The notes under the pieces were generated by a model, which was given only the letters and a program-made list of their open reading frames with translations, did no database searches and was not told the DNA's origin. A program made the position numbers and the translations under genes. DNA of 63,299 nucleotides, filler included, from Reticulomyxa filosa (Eukaryota > Protista > Foraminifera): NCBI GenBank assembly GCA_000512085.1. It is 9 parts of 9 records of this genome, joined end to end, with 100 filler letters (N's around TTAATTAATTAA, not from the genome) between each part and the next. Parts side by side here need not be neighbours in the genome. Positions count along the whole stretch, not along the records: positions 62,240 to 63,299 come from ASPP01013877.1; 8 more parts are not named here. One strand, written 5' to 3'. Shown here one piece after another: positions 63,073 through 63,299 of the stretch. Numbering within the stretch: position 1 is the stretch's first letter; every line of letters begins with the position of its first letter.

Positions 63073-63166
63073 GGAGAAATGGCCGAGAGGTCGAAGGCAC
63101 TTCCCTGCTAAGGAAGCATACGGGCTTAAACCTGTATCGAGGGTTCGAATCCCTCTTTCTCCGCCA
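63073..63166 (+). tRNA. tRNA-Ser(GCT)
   Basis: GGAGAAA/TTTCTCC acceptor stem, CTTCC-CT-GCT-AA-GGAAG anticodon arm, long variable arm, GTTCGAATC, encoded CCA. Confidence 0.97.
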
Positions 63167-63173
63167 AAACCGC

Positions 63174-63250
63174 GCACCCGTAGCTCAGTTGGATAGAGTA
63201 TTTGGCTACGAACCAAAGGGTCGGGCGTTCGAATCGCTCCGGGTGCGCCA
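63174..63250 (+). tRNA. tRNA-Arg(ACG)
   Basis: GCACCCG/CGGGTGC acceptor stem, TTTGG-CT-ACG-AA-CCAAA anticodon arm, GTTCGAATC, CCA; 77 nt. Confidence 0.97.
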
Positions 63251-63256
63251 CAATCT

Positions 63257-63299
63257 GTCCCCATCGTCTAGAGGCCTAGGACACCGCCCTTTCACGGCG
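63257..63299 (+). tRNA. tRNA-Glu(TTC), truncated by the window end
   Basis: GTCCCCATCGTCTAGAGGCCTAGGACA then CCGCC-CT-TTC-AC-GGCG. Confidence 0.93.

Noticed and set aside
63073-63250. tRNA-Ser(GCT) and tRNA-Arg(ACG), classic TtcA substrates with C32, in the same window as the TtcA fusion
   Set aside because: They are on a separate bacterial contig; the co-occurrence comes from concatenation.
63052-63264. 70-aa minus-strand ORF
   Set aside because: Antisense to the tRNA genes.

Overview
This window is not one locus. It is nine unrelated contigs joined by artificial 100-nt spacers (N44-TTAATTAATTAA-N44): 1-24678, 24779-32908, 33009-41762, 41863-42923, 43024-44333, 44434-47371, 47472-49686, 49787-62139 and 62240-63299. 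Seven contigs come from an AT-rich eukaryote with short GT-AG introns and the standard code. Its gene style (kelch-like family, decayed repeats, (TA)n introns) most resembles the foraminiferan Reticulomyxa filosa or a relative; this is inference. Two short contigs are bacterial: a Bacteroidota-like mlaE/mlaF/SDR piece and a GC-rich betaproteobacterial lysC plus tRNA-Ser/Arg/Glu piece. Recognisable eukaryotic genes are NUDC, ADA2, SART1/Snu66, TatD, a CAMK-type kinase, SRPK, SppA, an EDR2_C protein, DNAAF3, a Cid1-like nucleotidyltransferase and a kelch-like protein. The best candidates for undescribed biology are: (1) a spliced, apparently cytosolic fusion of a SufS-like cysteine desulfurase to a bacterial-type TtcA tRNA thiolase, with a hydrophobic hairpin and a Cys/His cluster in the linker; (2) a secreted protein made of a stand-alone cholesterol-dependent-cytolysin domain-4-like module on a Pro/Thr stalk; (3) a pseudo-E2/SPRY/pseudo-DEAD-box fusion; (4) an LRR multipass receptor built from symmetric 72-nt one-repeat exons; (5) an NZF + macrodomain-like + Tudor-like protein; (6) two covarying RNA stem-loop motifs in decayed repeats, one hammerhead-like. 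Several genes contain apparent 1-nt deletions, probably consensus errors. All domain calls are by-eye motif recognition; no searches were run.
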